Below are positions 26,270 to 38,825 of a stretch of 64,000 nt of DNA, piece after piece. The notes under the pieces are model-generated. The model was not told the DNA's origin, did not search any database, and saw nothing but the letters and a program-made list of their open reading frames with translations. The stretch comes from Camelus ferus (lineage: Eukaryota), in NCBI RefSeq assembly GCF_009834535.1, contig NC_045696.1, positions 14,138,001 to 14,202,000 on the forward strand. Direction: 5' to 3'. Position numbers and translations under genes: made by a program. Within the stretch, counting starts at the first letter, position 1, and each line of letters opens with the position of its first letter.

Positions 26270-26710
26270 AGGTATGTAGACGTTAAACATGCCCCCCTGA
26301 TTCCTGCCCTTTGATGCAAATGCCCTTATGTGATCTCCTCCTGGTATGAGAGCTGTGATTTGCTTTGTAACCAATAAAATAGGGCAGTGTATGTGATTAT
26401 ATGTGCTTATGTGATTATTTTACACAAGATTGTTGCACTCATCTTGCCAGAGTCTGTCTCCCTCCTTGATTTGAGTAAACAAATATCCATGTTTGGGAAT
26501 TTACTTGGCAAGGAATTGTGGGCAGCCTTTGGCATCTGACAATGGTTTCTAGTCTGCAAGGGCCTCTGGCTAATAGTCAGCAAGAAAAAAATCCTTTTAT
26601 TCCTACAGCTAAAATGAACTGGGATGTGCCAACAATAGCATGTGCTTGGAAGTGGATCCTTCCCCAATTAAACCTCAGATGTGACCACAGCCCCATACAA
26701 CATCTTGAAC
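26270..26710 (+). mobile_element. MLT1-type MaLR LTR
   Basis: ggcaaggaattgtgggcagcct ... gcttggaagtggatccttcccca ... cctcagatgtgaccacagcccc. Confidence 0.75.
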
Positions 26711-27175
26711 TGAAAACTTGTGGGATGCTGAAGCTTCTCAGCCTGTATATGAAATAGTGTTTTTATCTGAATATTATGGCCCACTATGCATGCCAAATGA
26801 TTGTATAGTCTATTACTAGCTTGAGATCTAATACATTGTTAAACTATTCTTTAGGTTATATCTCTCATATCTTTAAAATGGATATAAGAAATACTTGGGT
26901 TAGTGTTAAGAGTTATCCAGCATAACATATCTTATTACCTGAGTAGCAGAAGAGCAAACTGAAGTCTACATAAAAAAAAAAAGATACTTTCCTAAGACAA
27001 TTGATATTTGAATTGGTAAAGAAACCAGCCTAAAAATCGTAAGAGAGAATATCTCACAAAGAACATAATTGTTAGCTTTCTTGAAAACTGAAACAAACAG
27101 ACAAAAAAACTGTAGGTAACACTGAACATCAAATAACTGACATAAAAACCAGGGTTTCTGTTTAGATTGAATAAG

Positions 27176-27181
27176 TTTATT
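27176..27181 (-). promoter_or_regulatory. Poly(A) signal, KRTAP6 copy C
   Basis: AATAAA on minus, same context as 15837. Confidence 0.75.
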
Positions 27182-27463
27182 AGGTCAACAGAGAAACAAG
27201 CTCCAGCATGAAAGTCAAGGCAGTTACTTGACACCATCACCCTGATGAAAGCAGAACTCTGAGGTCACAGGTGAATTTCACCATTTCGCACTTCTTGAGG
27301 TAAATTCAGGAAATTTGTAGGTTAGATGATAAATCAACAACAGGCCACACTAGACCTCCATGATGCAGGATAACTACTACCGAGGAAAAGGCACAAAAGA
27401 TAACTACTACCTTGGAGAATCCTGAGGTCCAGGTGCAGAGGATGAGAGTCTTCCATGACATCC

Positions 27464-27685
27464 TCAGTAGTAGTAGCCAAAGCCAGAGCCGTAGCCAAAG
27501 CCAGATCCACAGCCATAGCCACAGCCACACAGAGAGCGGGAGCCAAAGCCATAGCCACAGCCATAGCCACAGCCCAGTCTGCGGAAGCCACAGCCATAGC
27601 AGGACCCATAGCCGCAGCCCAGGCCTCCGTAGCCACAGCAGCTACAGCCACGGCCCCCATAGTAGTTTCCATAGTAGCCGCACAT
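27464..27685 (-). CDS. KRTAP6-1: Keratin-associated protein 6-1-like, copy C, 73 aa
   Basis: [40 protein letters not shown]...GSRSLCG...GYYY. Head-to-head with a KRTAP20-1-like gene, as I recall for the human cluster. TATAAAA at 27771-27777. Family certain, ortholog number inferred. Confidence 0.93.
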   Translation of the reverse strand: MCGYYGNYYGGRGCSCCGYGGLGCGYGSCYGCGFRRLGCGYGCGYGFGSRSLCGCGYGCGSGFGYGSGFGYYY

Positions 27686-27770
27686 GGTGTTGGTGTTGGT
27701 TTTGGGATTGTCTCTGGGTAAAGAAGGAGGATAGGCAACTTCAGTCTGGACAATTTCCCTACAGAGAGCC

Positions 27771-27777
27771 TTTTATA
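27771..27777 (-). promoter_or_regulatory. TATA box, KRTAP6 copy C
   Basis: TATAAAA on minus, 86 nt upstream of the ATG. Confidence 0.85.
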
Positions 27778-28369
27778 TACCCTCAGTGTGAATGGGAACC
27801 ATCACAGAAGTCATACCATTGGCTAATTCGCAGGACCAATCTGAGTAAATTGTTGACTCCTGGTTTTAAATCATGGCCTCAGGGGTATTGAGGACAGTTG
27901 CTAATGTTGAGTCACATCTGAATCATTTTTGAGTCATTAGTAAGAATCAATTGTCTCATATTCAAAACTCTATTTATATAAGATCTTCAAATTATCCATT
28001 TCTAACCAACCATTATGGCAAGATAGCATTTTTAGTAGACATTCTAAACTACCCAAGACAACCAATGATAATATGTTATTTTGGCTGACATTCAGCAAAT
28101 TATGATAACCTACCTTTACCTTGAGCTTTTCTATCTCTTCTCTGCTGTTCCAAACCCATGTTTTGTTTTGTTTTGTTTTTTTTCCTTTAAGGATCCCCCT
28201 TATTTTCACAGGAGAGATGGTTTACTATGAAAAGCCAAAAAGTACCACTCAGCTTCATGAGATGATTGACAAAAACCCAATAACTTGAAATTCTGGAACA
28301 CCAGGCCTGAGAAAAATTGACTTCTATTTCTTACTTACATTAATACTTCCTTTTATGATTCTGTTTTTA

Positions 28370-29123
28370 AAACAAATGCTGGAGAGGCTGTGGAGAAAGT
28401 GGAACCCTCCTATACTGCTGGTGAGAATGCAGTTTGGTACAGCCACTGTGGAAAACAGTATGGAGATTCCTCAAAAGACTAGGAATAGATTTACCATATG
28501 ACCCAGGAATCCTGCTCCTGGGCATATATCCAGAAGGAACCCTACTTCAAAATGACACCTCTGCCCCAATGTTCATAGCAGCACTATTTACAATAGCCAA
28601 GACATGGAGACATCCTAAATGTCCATCAACGGATGACTAGATAAAGAAGAAGTGGTATAATTATACAATGGAATACTACTCAGCCATAAAAACTGAAAAC
28701 ATAACACCATTTGCAGCAACATGGATGCTCCTGGAGAATGTCATTCTAAGTGAAGTAAGTCAGAAAGAGAAAGAAAAATACCATATAAGATCGCTCATAT
28801 GTGGAATCTAAAAAAAAAAAAAAAAAAAAAAGTATAAATACAAAACAGAAATAGACTCATAGATATAGAATACAAACTTGTGGTTGCCAAGGGGGCAGAG
28901 GGTGGAAAGGGATAGACTGGGATTTCAAAATTGTGGAATAGATGAACAAGATTATACTGTATAGCACAAGGAAATATATACAAGATCTTATGGTAGCTCA
29001 CAGAGAAAAAAATGTGACAATGAATATATATATGTTCATGTATAACTGAAAAATTGTGCTCTACACTGGAATTTGACATAACATTGTAAAACGATTATAA
29101 ATCAGTCAAAAATGTTAAAAAAA
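28370..29123 (+). mobile_element. Young 5'-truncated L1, same family as 23699-24844
   Basis: ORF2 C-terminus ([14 protein letters not shown]...[14 protein letters not shown]) plus a 3' UTR nearly identical to the other copy. Confidence 0.92.
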
Positions 29124-29489
29124 TATTTCCATAGTTTTAAATTAATATTCTGAATCGATAGCCACAGAATAAAAATTATGAGATTTCATTTCTAAAGCTG
29201 CATTTTCATGAAAGAATTTTCTTCAAATTTCAACATATTTGTAATATTTCTGTTTTGACTCAAAGGTGAATATAGATATTTCATTTTTTTAAATGATAAT
29301 ACTAACAGGGGTATCTCTCATGACACTAGTAGACCATGAACTCTTGGTTAAATTTCTTGGGCTATGAGAACATATTACTTATGGACCTATTATCTTCTTA
29401 TGCAATGAAGCTTAGATTATTCTTAATTCAATAATTAAGTGAAATAGCCAGCTAAACTTGTTTTCTTAAAAAGATGACTTCATAGCTGT

Positions 29490-29742
29490 CAGTAGAGCAT
29501 AATAGGAAAAAGGGAAAACTTCCGGAATCTGTTCTTTGAGTTCAAATCTCACCTCTGCCACTTATAGCTGTATGACCACTATAACTGTGTGCTTCAGTTA
29601 TCCCACCTTCAAACGAGATGGTGAATAATAATACCTATCCTGCAAGATAATTTTGAAAGCCAAATTAGCTGATATGTGTCAAGCACCTAAAACAGTGTGT
29701 AACAAATAATAGGTACTAGAATAACATTGGCTATAATTATTT
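29490..29742 (+). mobile_element. MIR SINE
   Basis: gagttcaaatctcacctctgccactta...gctgtatgacc ... aataataatacctatcc ... aagcacctaaaacagtg. Confidence 0.8.
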
Positions 29743-30906
29743 ATTTCATCCTATAATTGTTTTCATAGGTATGCTGATGAGTTGAACAAGAGAACTCAAA
29801 AATTTTTTAAGTTCTATTTAAGGGCCTTGTGTCATTGAAGCTGAAGGAAGAGAAGCTCTATACTAAGACTATGCATCTAAAAGTAGAAAAAGTCACACTC
29901 TGGTTTTCCTAGGAATGAGCAAGCCCCATGAGTTACCCAACAAACTTAACACAAGCAAGTAGAGGATGCAACAATTGGTGCCCACTCAAAGGAATCTGAA
30001 TGCAGACTCATTGATTTTCCTAGACCAGTGAAAGACTTTTCTGGCTGTTGACCCACAAAGATGTAGCACTGAATGGTAGGTAATCGACTGACCAGAATAG
30101 GTTTTGTGTTATGTCAATGGAAAATGGCAATATGAGCTATACCAGCCAAAGATTTCAGCACAGGACAGATGGAGGTGCTCCCTCCCAATTAACAGCATTC
30201 TATTGCACATTAAAGTCTGCTTCAGGATGTGAAAAAAGAGTGGCAAAACCTTTAATAAAATGAAAATGTAATCCTAACAACTAGAATGCCATTGAATTTT
30301 GTTGAGTTTAGCTGGAAGGAACAAGAATAAATGCTTTGGCTTCTAGTGGAAATGATGAGTCAAGATAAAATTTGGTAAAATATGAGAAATACTTGTAAAG
30401 TTGTATCCTGTAAAAATGTTACTTGAATTATGTATTTTAAAAGTGTATTTTTTTCTGTAAAGAAATACTGGGCAATAATACACATCTCGTACTTTCAGTA
30501 AACTTTTCCTCTTAGCACTTCTATTTCCCCAAAACTAAAGAGAGTGACTTCCTCAACTGCAGTGGGCAGATGAATTTGAGGGTATTAATAACCTCAAAAC
30601 AATTTTAATTAATTGCAGTTTGCATAATTTCTGATTTCATAGAATCTCATGGTGGAATTTAAATTTAAGCCTTCAATAAGAAAGAGTTTCAAAACTAAGT
30701 CCAATATATGTCATTCAAAGCATATGATTTGATTGTGAAAATCTTGACACAACAGTGGAGTCATCTTGGCTGTGGAAGCTTCACTATGCCTAATGAAATA
30801 AGAGATTTATGAGAACTTCACTGTTGGTGTTGTTTGTGGTTAATGCAAAACAATTTGTTTTGAGGGCAACATTACATATGACTTGCCACACCTAACATTG
30901 AGGAAG

Positions 30907-30913
30907 TATAAAA
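30907..30913 (+). promoter_or_regulatory. TATA box, KRTAP20-1-like
   Basis: TATAAAA 79 nt before the ATG. Confidence 0.85.
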
Positions 30914-30985
30914 GACGTTGTGAAGATGGTGATATTCAAACTCAGGAAACCATCGTTCTCTTCTACACTGTCTACTCTTGACACC

Positions 30986-31144
30986 ATGACCTATTACAGC
31001 AACTACTATGGGAATTGTGGCTATGGTGGGCTTGGCTGTGGTTACGGTGGGCTTGGCTGTGGCTATCATGGATATGGTGGCTATAGATATGGCTGCTGCC
31101 GCCCATCTTGCTATGGAAGATATTGGTCATATGGGTTCTACTGA
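30986..31144 (+). CDS. KRTAP20-1: KRTAP20-1-like, 52 aa
   Basis: [60 protein letters not shown] context, AATAAA at 31370-31375. Confidence 0.92.
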   Translation: MTYYSNYYGNCGYGGLGCGYGGLGCGYHGYGGYRYGCCRPSCYGRYWSYGFY

Positions 31145-32616
31145 AAAATTCTAGAGCCATGAACCCACCAGATTCGTCCTCTTGTGAAACATGGATTCTG
31201 CTGTTGGTATTATTCATCTTGTCTCTTTGAAATAGCAAAAATCTAAATCCAGACTATGATGAAAGAACTAGGGAAGTCATCTTTCCTTGGTTCCATTGTG
31301 CAAGATCATAAAGAATATTTTTTCTTAAATGCAACAGAAGTTTCCTTTTAATCTCTAAGTATATTTTTCAATAAATTTAATCTCTTTGCAAATATGGTAT
31401 GTGTTCATGTTTATTTACTTTCACCATCATTGCATATGGATGATTGTAAGGTAAAAGCTTGTCTGTAGTTACTATTCCAAGGGACTGACACTGCTTTCCT
31501 CCACCTTTTTCCCTCTAGTTTTTGTCCCTTTACATATATCTCATACTGTAAAGCTGAGCTTCCCTGTGACATAGTTGATTGCTTCCTCCTCAATAAATCT
31601 GGCTTCCCTTTAATTCACGAGCAAAATGGTTAACAACATACCTGAAGTCTGGTAGCTGCATGAGGCTGACTGTCCTTGTTTCCCTAGAACACCATGGTAC
31701 ACACCCACATTTTAAGTGGTGCTTCTGTGAGTTTTTCAGGCATCTGCTTTCTGACTGCTTGCTGGTAACTTCATCACTAGAAAGCCTTCCAGTTGCCTGA
31801 TGTCTTTCATAGAGAATTTGTGTCGAGCCTGAAAGTGAACATAGGGAACCCTATGCCAGCCCTAGGAACCTGGCTGTGTTTTTAGTAACTCTCTTTATCA
31901 TAGACCATTTTGATTATGAAGTCAATTTCGTGTACTCAATCATTCATTCATTCATCAATACTCAGCTCCTAAAATTTGCCAGGCATGCTGCTGTGTTGGG
32001 AAAGAGCATTTTGTAAAAGATTGAGATAGTTTCCATTGTGACATTATTAAATTTTATGTATACTCTCTATAAAACTCTAACATCTGTGTAATATTTAAGT
32101 GTGAATATAGTATATTTTAATCTGTTTTTAAATTTTTCTAAATGAAGAGTTTTAGAGGTTTTGACTCCCTTTGTATTTTAAAAAAATCTCTCACTTAATT
32201 TGTAAAAACAATCTGTCAAAATGTAAAAAGATACAAATTTATTAGCCAAATTTCAAAAACAAATTGCAAAATAAATAGTGGGATTAAAATTTATTTAAAA
32301 AATTTAAAAAAAATGATTTGCTGGGTGCAGCAAATAATGTATTTTTCCAATAATTAAAATAAACTGACTTGGGGACCAAAACTTCAAATCTGGGTATCAC
32401 AGAAATTTTAAACAAAAATTTTCTAATGTATTAAAGCATAATCTATTATAATGTAAATTCTGACTAATCAATAATTCTGTATGTTTTATATTTAATGATT
32501 ATTTATTATTAATTAATGCATATAAAAACTGTAAATAAATTGTTACATTCAAATTGTGGATACAAGCTCAAAATACTTACTGGTATGGTTTTCTTACCTA
32601 AAATTTTAAAGAACAC

Positions 32617-32830
32617 TGCTATAGACCAGGACTTCTCAGAGTGATCTGTTGACACCTGTGGGAACCTGAGGCTCTTTCAAGGAGTCCATAAGCATCAAAC
32701 TATTTTCATAACATATTTATTTGTGTTTTTAACCTAATAAACTCATGAATATACAGTGGAGTTTTCCAGATATATACTATATATGATGTGCTACCACAAC
32801 AGATTAAACACAGCAGCATATATAAGAAAC
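32617..32830 (+). mobile_element. hAT-Charlie-like DNA transposon relic
   Basis: caggacttctcagagtgatctgttgacacc...tgaggctctttcaaggagtcc...tcaaactattttcata resembles a Charlie terminus (recalled). Confidence 0.45.
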
Positions 32831-33627
32831 TTGTATCACACATTTCTTTCTCCATTATTTCAAGAAAACGTTTCTGGAGAAACTCAGGGATGACTTTAAA
32901 ACCAAGTTGAGGATATGGGAACTCAAAAGTTGAGATGTAGAAGGAGACCTGATACTAATGCTTGGATTTCTAAATAAATGCTTAATTGCATAATATAATG
33001 GTATACTCAGATAATATATGAGTATGATTCAAATATATAATATGATTCAAAGTCATGGTTGATGAATAAATAAAATTCCCAAGAGGAATAAAAAAAGATA
33101 TAGGTTTTTATATTAGCATTTTAATGTGAGTGAATGTAGTCAGTTCATTGACAATAATCAGTAGAAAATATTATTTGTTCTGAAGAGTCATTTGCCTGAA
33201 AGAAAAGAATTACATAATTCAAAAGATAATTTACTTCAGGTAACTCCTCACTTTTATCCCTTCCTCACTCAAATAGATATGCTCTCAGTTCCTTGATTGC
33301 ATATCTGAATATGAAAGGGAAATTATTACTGTGAGAAAAAAATAAGAAAAATTGGGTCGAAGGACTTGAAATTTGACATTTCAAGGAACCTGAAAATAGA
33401 CTTTAATAATAAAACTCAGAGTGAGAAGATCTCCAAAATACAAGAAGAATATCTAACTAAGGATATGTGACAGGATTATTGGATTCCAGGAAAAACAGTT
33501 AATAATATTTGCTGGAGGCCCTCTCCTTACTTACTTAAACAAGTGTTTCACGAAGTTGTATTACTCAACTTTGAAATACGCTACAGAAATCGCGTGAACT
33601 TCCACAAGCAGATGATGTCTGTCTGTC

Positions 33628-33690
33628 TCTGGCTGCGGGTATGGTGGTGTCATGGCTGCTACTGCCCATCTTGCTGTGGATTCTACTGGG
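33628..33690 (+). pseudogene. 5'-deleted KRTAP20-like relic
   Basis: ggctgcgggtatggtgg...catggctgctactgcccatcttgctgtggattctac reads GCGYGG/HGCYCPSCCGFY, followed by a KRTAP20-like 3' UTR. No promoter or start codon. Confidence 0.7.
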
Positions 33691-35994
33691 GGGCATCCAG
33701 AGTGACTCAATCTGATGCACTCCTTCATCTGTGTTTTCTTGACTCTGCTTCCATGGTTAATTAATCACAAGAATAATTCTAGTCTCTACACGAACTGTGA
33801 CAAGTTTATCCAGGGTAACTTGCAAAACATCACATGCAAGTCTGATATACTTCTCAACTGATGAAAATACCCAGGAATGTGCCAAAAATTATAGATAAGC
33901 TTTATCTTTGCTATCATGTTACCAATTTACTTCTTTTCTATTGTTGATCAATTATCTTTCATGTGGGAAAATTTTAAGCTAATTTTTTAAATTGGGGTAT
34001 AGTCAGTCACAATGTGTCAATTTCTAGTGAACAGTAAGCTAATTTTTCAATGAACTTGCTTTTTCATATTCACTTTTATTTTACTTTGTTTACATTAATC
34101 TGTATGTCGCTGTGGGGAATCTGCCTTTGGACATTGCCTTTTTTGTTAGTCTGAGATGATCATTTTCTAAAGAAGGTAAGGATATGACCATCAGTTCCTT
34201 TATGACAACATGTATCTAAAAATGGATTCCTATATACACTCTAGGCAGCACTATTATTCATACATAAACAAGTTAAGTACCATTTCACACAATACTAGCC
34301 TTGTTTTCTATGACATGTGCTGGAGGTATCTGTCCTTGGCTTGTTTTTCTACAATTCTGCAGTTAGGTTGTATCATTCAGGTTTGTGCCTTAGGGTGTAT
34401 GTAAGTGGTTTATTCTGCCTCTCATAGTTCTTGCTATTCCTCTGAGTTCAGCAGCAGAAGAGTACAACACATACCTGCATCCTTGTTGAGTTTGTTATCA
34501 TTTTAGTAATGAGATCTACCAGAAAAAGCCTCTGGCTCCTTTCTTGATAAACAATGTTTCAGCAAGCCGGATCACCTTTCACTCACATTAGGGATATTCA
34601 TCTTGTTCTTCCACTTCAAATTTGAATAAAACAAAACTGGCTTTCTCAATCATTCCAGCTTTCCTCCCCTAAGCAAATGAGAGAAAGGAACCTCCATTAA
34701 TACAACATCAATGAACAGTATCTCTGAACATCCCACTCATTGTCTAGACACTATTTCCAGATATCAATCTACGTGGTTGGAAGCACTCTGGATATTTCAA
34801 AAATACATTGTTATTTGAGGCACCTTCAATAGGAAAATGCAGGAAATGTGTTTACACTTTAAGAAGTCCTATTTCATTGTCTCAACAACTGATTCAAAAA
34901 TTTCTCCTCCAATTTTTCTTCTGGGATGGTGAATTCTTCTCAAAGGCCTTCGCACAGCTGACTCATCTTCAATTAATGAATAATAGAAAAGATATTATTC
35001 CACACAATATCATTGATAAAGCATCAAAGCCCTGCAGCTAGAAGAGTTGCTGGCACATGATTGTGCCTAATACGTATTTTTGAATAAACTAATGACCATG
35101 AATGATGCCGAAAATATCTCCCTGGAATTTCATATCTTACTTTAGCAGAAGATGGCAAAGTAGAACTGTAAAGTATCTCCAGGGTCTTGATGTACAAATA
35201 ATGCTATTTCACCCAGAGTATTGATGATCTCTTTGTATGTCCTTAGAGTGGAGGGCAGTCTTATCATAAGAAGAAAAGAGACACTCTCAGTCCTCACTCA
35301 ACTGTATTATGACTCTAGAGACTGAAGACCTGTGAATTACATGAACCAGTGTTTGAGTATTCCAGTAGGGTAGATCAAAACCACCTTTTACTATATAATG
35401 GATTAAATGTATTAATTCAGTCATGTTTATCTGTGCTACTTTTCAAAAGATTCTATTTGAACATCATCATATAGCTAGGTTTCCATCTTGTAGTCATTGT
35501 GCCTTCCCCCTTCAGCTTTTTCCAAATCAGCTTCCTCCATGTAGTTCCTCCATCTAGTTTCCAGCCAAAGTTAGTAAGAACACTTCATACACTGAATGCA
35601 AATGTTCATTTTCAAGTCTAACTTGGTACATAGACTCTGCTAAGAAACAATCTAAGCTTTTTCTTAAGTGAGAAGTGTTCTCTGTCTGCATGACTCACTC
35701 CCTTTCTATTTGGCTGCAGAGCAGAATTCAAAACTCTTACAAGCCATTATATGTCCCCTTTGCTGACATCCAGCTGCTTTGTGGGGCTACTTCACTCCAG
35801 ATTCCCAGGGCTACTGTAAGATCAATGGAACACTGAGGAACTTTGTGGTGGGTGGTGGTGAATGGATGGAGAAGTCTCCAGACCTCTGCTGGAACTGATG
35901 AAAGAGGAACCCTACTTTGAAACAAACAAATTTGACACATGTGACAAAGAAAAGCAAAAAATCCAATCTGCCCATTCTCTGTAGAAAGATCAAA

Positions 35995-36850
35995 TTTTAA
36001 TAGTTTTATTGAGGTGCAACTGATAAGCAAAAAATTGCACATATTTAAAGCACTATATACAGTTTGATGCGTTTTGACATACGACTGTACTTGTGACACT
36101 GTCACCACAATCAAGGTAATAAGTGTATATGTCACCCCAAAAGATTCCTCCTGCCCTTTTGTTTTTTTTCTTACTGTTATGGAGGTAAGAACAATTCGCA
36201 TGAGAGCTCCACTTCTAACAAATTGTTAAGTGCACAATACCGTATTGTTAACTATAGACACAATGCAGTACAGCAGATCTCTGGAACTTACTCACCTTGT
36301 GCAACTGAAACTTTATACAATTTGAACAGCGACTCCTCATTTCCCTTTCCCCCAGCCCTTGTCTAACACCATTCTACTCTCTGTTTCCTGAGTTTGACTA
36401 TTTTAAATGCCTTGTGTAAGAAAAATTATGCACTATTTTTCCTTCTGTGACTGACTTATTGCACTTAGCAAAATGTCCTCCAGATTCATCTATGTTGTCA
36501 CAAAGGCAGAATTGACTTCTTTTTTAGGGCTGAATAATATATTCCATTGTATGTCTAGGCCACATTTTTTTAATCCACTCATCCAGCAGTAGACATTTGG
36601 ATTGCTTCCATGTCTTGGCTATCACAATGCTGCATTGAACATGGGAGTGCAGGCATCTCTTTCAGATCCTGATTCAATTCTTGTGACTATATACCTAAAT
36701 ATATGCCCAGAAGTGGAATTGGTTCTTATGTTAGTTCTATGTTTAAGTTTTTGAATAATTGCCATACCTTTTTTCCCATAGTGGCTACATGATTTTACAT
36801 TTCCACCAACAGTGGACAACTGTTCCAATTTCTCCACGTCCTTTTAATAC
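35995..36850 (-). mobile_element. L1MA/MB-type 3' fragment
   Basis: ttttattgaggtgcaactga ... ggctgaataatatattccattgta ... tttccaccaacagtg. The ORF track shows an ACTPMFNAAL remnant. Confidence 0.85.
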
Positions 36851-37403
36851 CTAGTAAGAAAAATGAACATGTTAAGTCAATGTTTCATTCTATAACAAGA
36901 CTGCAATTTCCCTAGAAATAACAAAGTAACAAAATTTCACATTAAAGTACGGGTGCCTTTATGGCATTTGAATATAAAATGTGTCAGTCTATCCATTATG
37001 AAGCATTGAAAGAATATTTTTTCTTGGGGAGAGAAATCATATAAAAAATACATAAGCATTTTGACAGAATTCTTACTTTAGTTAAAGTATCTGCCCATGA
37101 ACCTATAAACCCACATGAGGAGTCAGCATTCTTTAGAAATTGCATAAAACCTGGTCAAGGAATTTTCACTAGTTTGATACAGATTTGAAAATATAGCAAT
37201 TATTTATTATTTGAGTCATATGGTTCTATTGTGAGAATCCTGACCTGAAAGATTAAAAAAAAAAAAATCTAGCCTGTGAGAGTCTCTTTGCCTTAAAAAA
37301 AAAAAACAAAAAAAAAGACTTAAAGAATTTTTCTTATGTAAATTAGCATGAATTAATGAGTTCAGCACCTCCCTGTGGCTTGCCCCACCCACCACTGAAG
37401 GTG

Positions 37404-37410
37404 TATAAAA
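37404..37410 (+). promoter_or_regulatory. TATA box with upstream CACCC box
   Basis: cccacccaccactgaaggtgTATAAAAgg. Confidence 0.8.
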
Positions 37411-37491
37411 GGCCCTGGGAAGGGTGACATTCAGACTTGAATGAGGACACTGGCTTCCTGACTCTCAATTGAACCTTCAACTCCTGACACT

Positions 37492-37629
37492 ATGTACTGC
37501 TAAGGCAGCTATTATGGAGGCCTGGGCTGTGGCTATGGCTGTGGCTACAGCCATGGCTATGGCGGGTGCAGGTTTGGCTGCTGTCACCCAACTTGCTGTG
37601 TCAGATATTGGCTCTATGGATTCTACTGA
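37492..37629 (+). pseudogene. KRTAP20-like pseudogene, single nonsense at codon 4
   Basis: [47 protein letters not shown] at 37501-37503. AATAAA at 37901-37906. Confidence 0.9.
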
Positions 37630-38430
37630 GAAATTTCTGGAGACACTCCAGGACTCTCATGTGTCCTGACTCCAGTTTCTGAGTCCTCCTTGTTATGAAA
37701 TAGTGATTGTCTCATTCTGGGCTACTTGGGAAGGAAAGACTGGTCTAAATTCTACATCCATCATCTCAGTTCAGTAAAATCACCTGGAATGTCTTCCTTT
37801 ATAACAGAAAATGTGTCTCCTGTGGCTGCATTACAATTATTACTCTGCATATGTATTAGTTCAACATCCTTCATGTGAGAAAAAATTCATTTCAATTTTG
37901 AATAAAATCTTCTGTACTGACAATATTGCATGTCTATCATTACTTTTGTTGTGTCTGTTGCACGCACCTGTGTGAGAGTACTGTTGTGACAGAAACACTG
38001 CCTTTCTTCCTGTGCAAAAAATTCTAAGCCTAAGAATAAGTTATTTCTAAATGTAACTTGCTTTTGATGAATCTGTACTCACTGCACTCATCTACCCCTA
38101 ATCATACTAAAAGAGCAGCCCATACACTGAGTTTCATTAATGAATAAAACCCTTCAACAGTATTCTTATTTCTCATCATCATATTCTATGTACTTTGGCT
38201 ATTTCTTTAGATCACACATTTGGATATTTAGGATTGCGCTTTTTGGTGGTTGTACTTGGATATTCTGCTTTACATTCTTTAAATTACCCTCCATATCCCA
38301 TATCTGGGTGATGGTAGCACACACAGTTAGTCTGCACATCATTTTTGTCTTTGAGAATCTCTAGAAAGTGCCATCCCATTACCACTTCTGTGTGTCAGGC
38401 ATTAGAAATTGGGAGTGGATATAACTAACC

Positions 38431-38513
38431 GGGCTGGGTATAGCTCAGTGGTAGAGCACATGCTTAGCATGCACGAGGTCCTGGGCTCAATCTCCTGTAT
38501 CTCCATTAAAAAA
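38431..38513 (+). mobile_element. tRNA-derived SINE, Vic-1-like (camelid)
   Basis: gggtatagctcagtggtagagcacatgcttagcatgcacgaggtcctgggctcaatctcc...ctccattaaaa: A box, B box and A tail. Confidence 0.85.
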
Positions 38514-38600
38514 GAAAGAAAGAGAGAAAGAAAGAGAGAAAGAAAGAGAGAGAGAAAGAGAGAAAGAGAGAAAGAGAGAAAGAGAGAAAGAGAGAAAGAG

Positions 38601-38671
<71 letters not shown>

Positions 38672-38825
38672 GAAAGGAAGAAAGAAAGAAAGAGAAAGGA
38701 AGAAAGAAAGAGCAAGAGGAAGGAAGGAAGGAAGAGAAGGGAGGAAGGAAGGAAGGGAGAGAGGGAGAGAGGAAGGAAGGAAGGAAGGGAGAGAGGGAGG
38801 GAGGAGAGGAGAGGAAAGGAAAGGA
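38508..38825. repeat. Compound polypurine microsatellite (GAAA/GAGA/GGAA)n
   Basis: ~315 nt almost entirely purine on the plus strand, growing out of the SINE tail. Confidence 0.95.

Larger units (their letters stand above)
16068..27445. repeat. Tandem segmental duplication unit 2
   Basis: Collinear with 6753-16067. Longer because of a young L1 at 23699-24844 and other indels. Confidence 0.9.

Noticed and set aside
27399..27413. let-7-like string (GGTAGTAGTT on the mRNA strand)
   Set aside because: No hairpin, incomplete seed match, and wrong strand for a target site.
6753..27445. Duplication as a haplotype or assembly artefact
   Set aside because: Intergenic divergence is far above allelic levels, and each unit has private insertions.
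38431..38505. Possible tRNA-Ala gene (also 40045-40116)
   Set aside because: Two diverged copies with A-rich tails, no clean acceptor stem and no T-run terminator. These are tRNA-derived SINEs.
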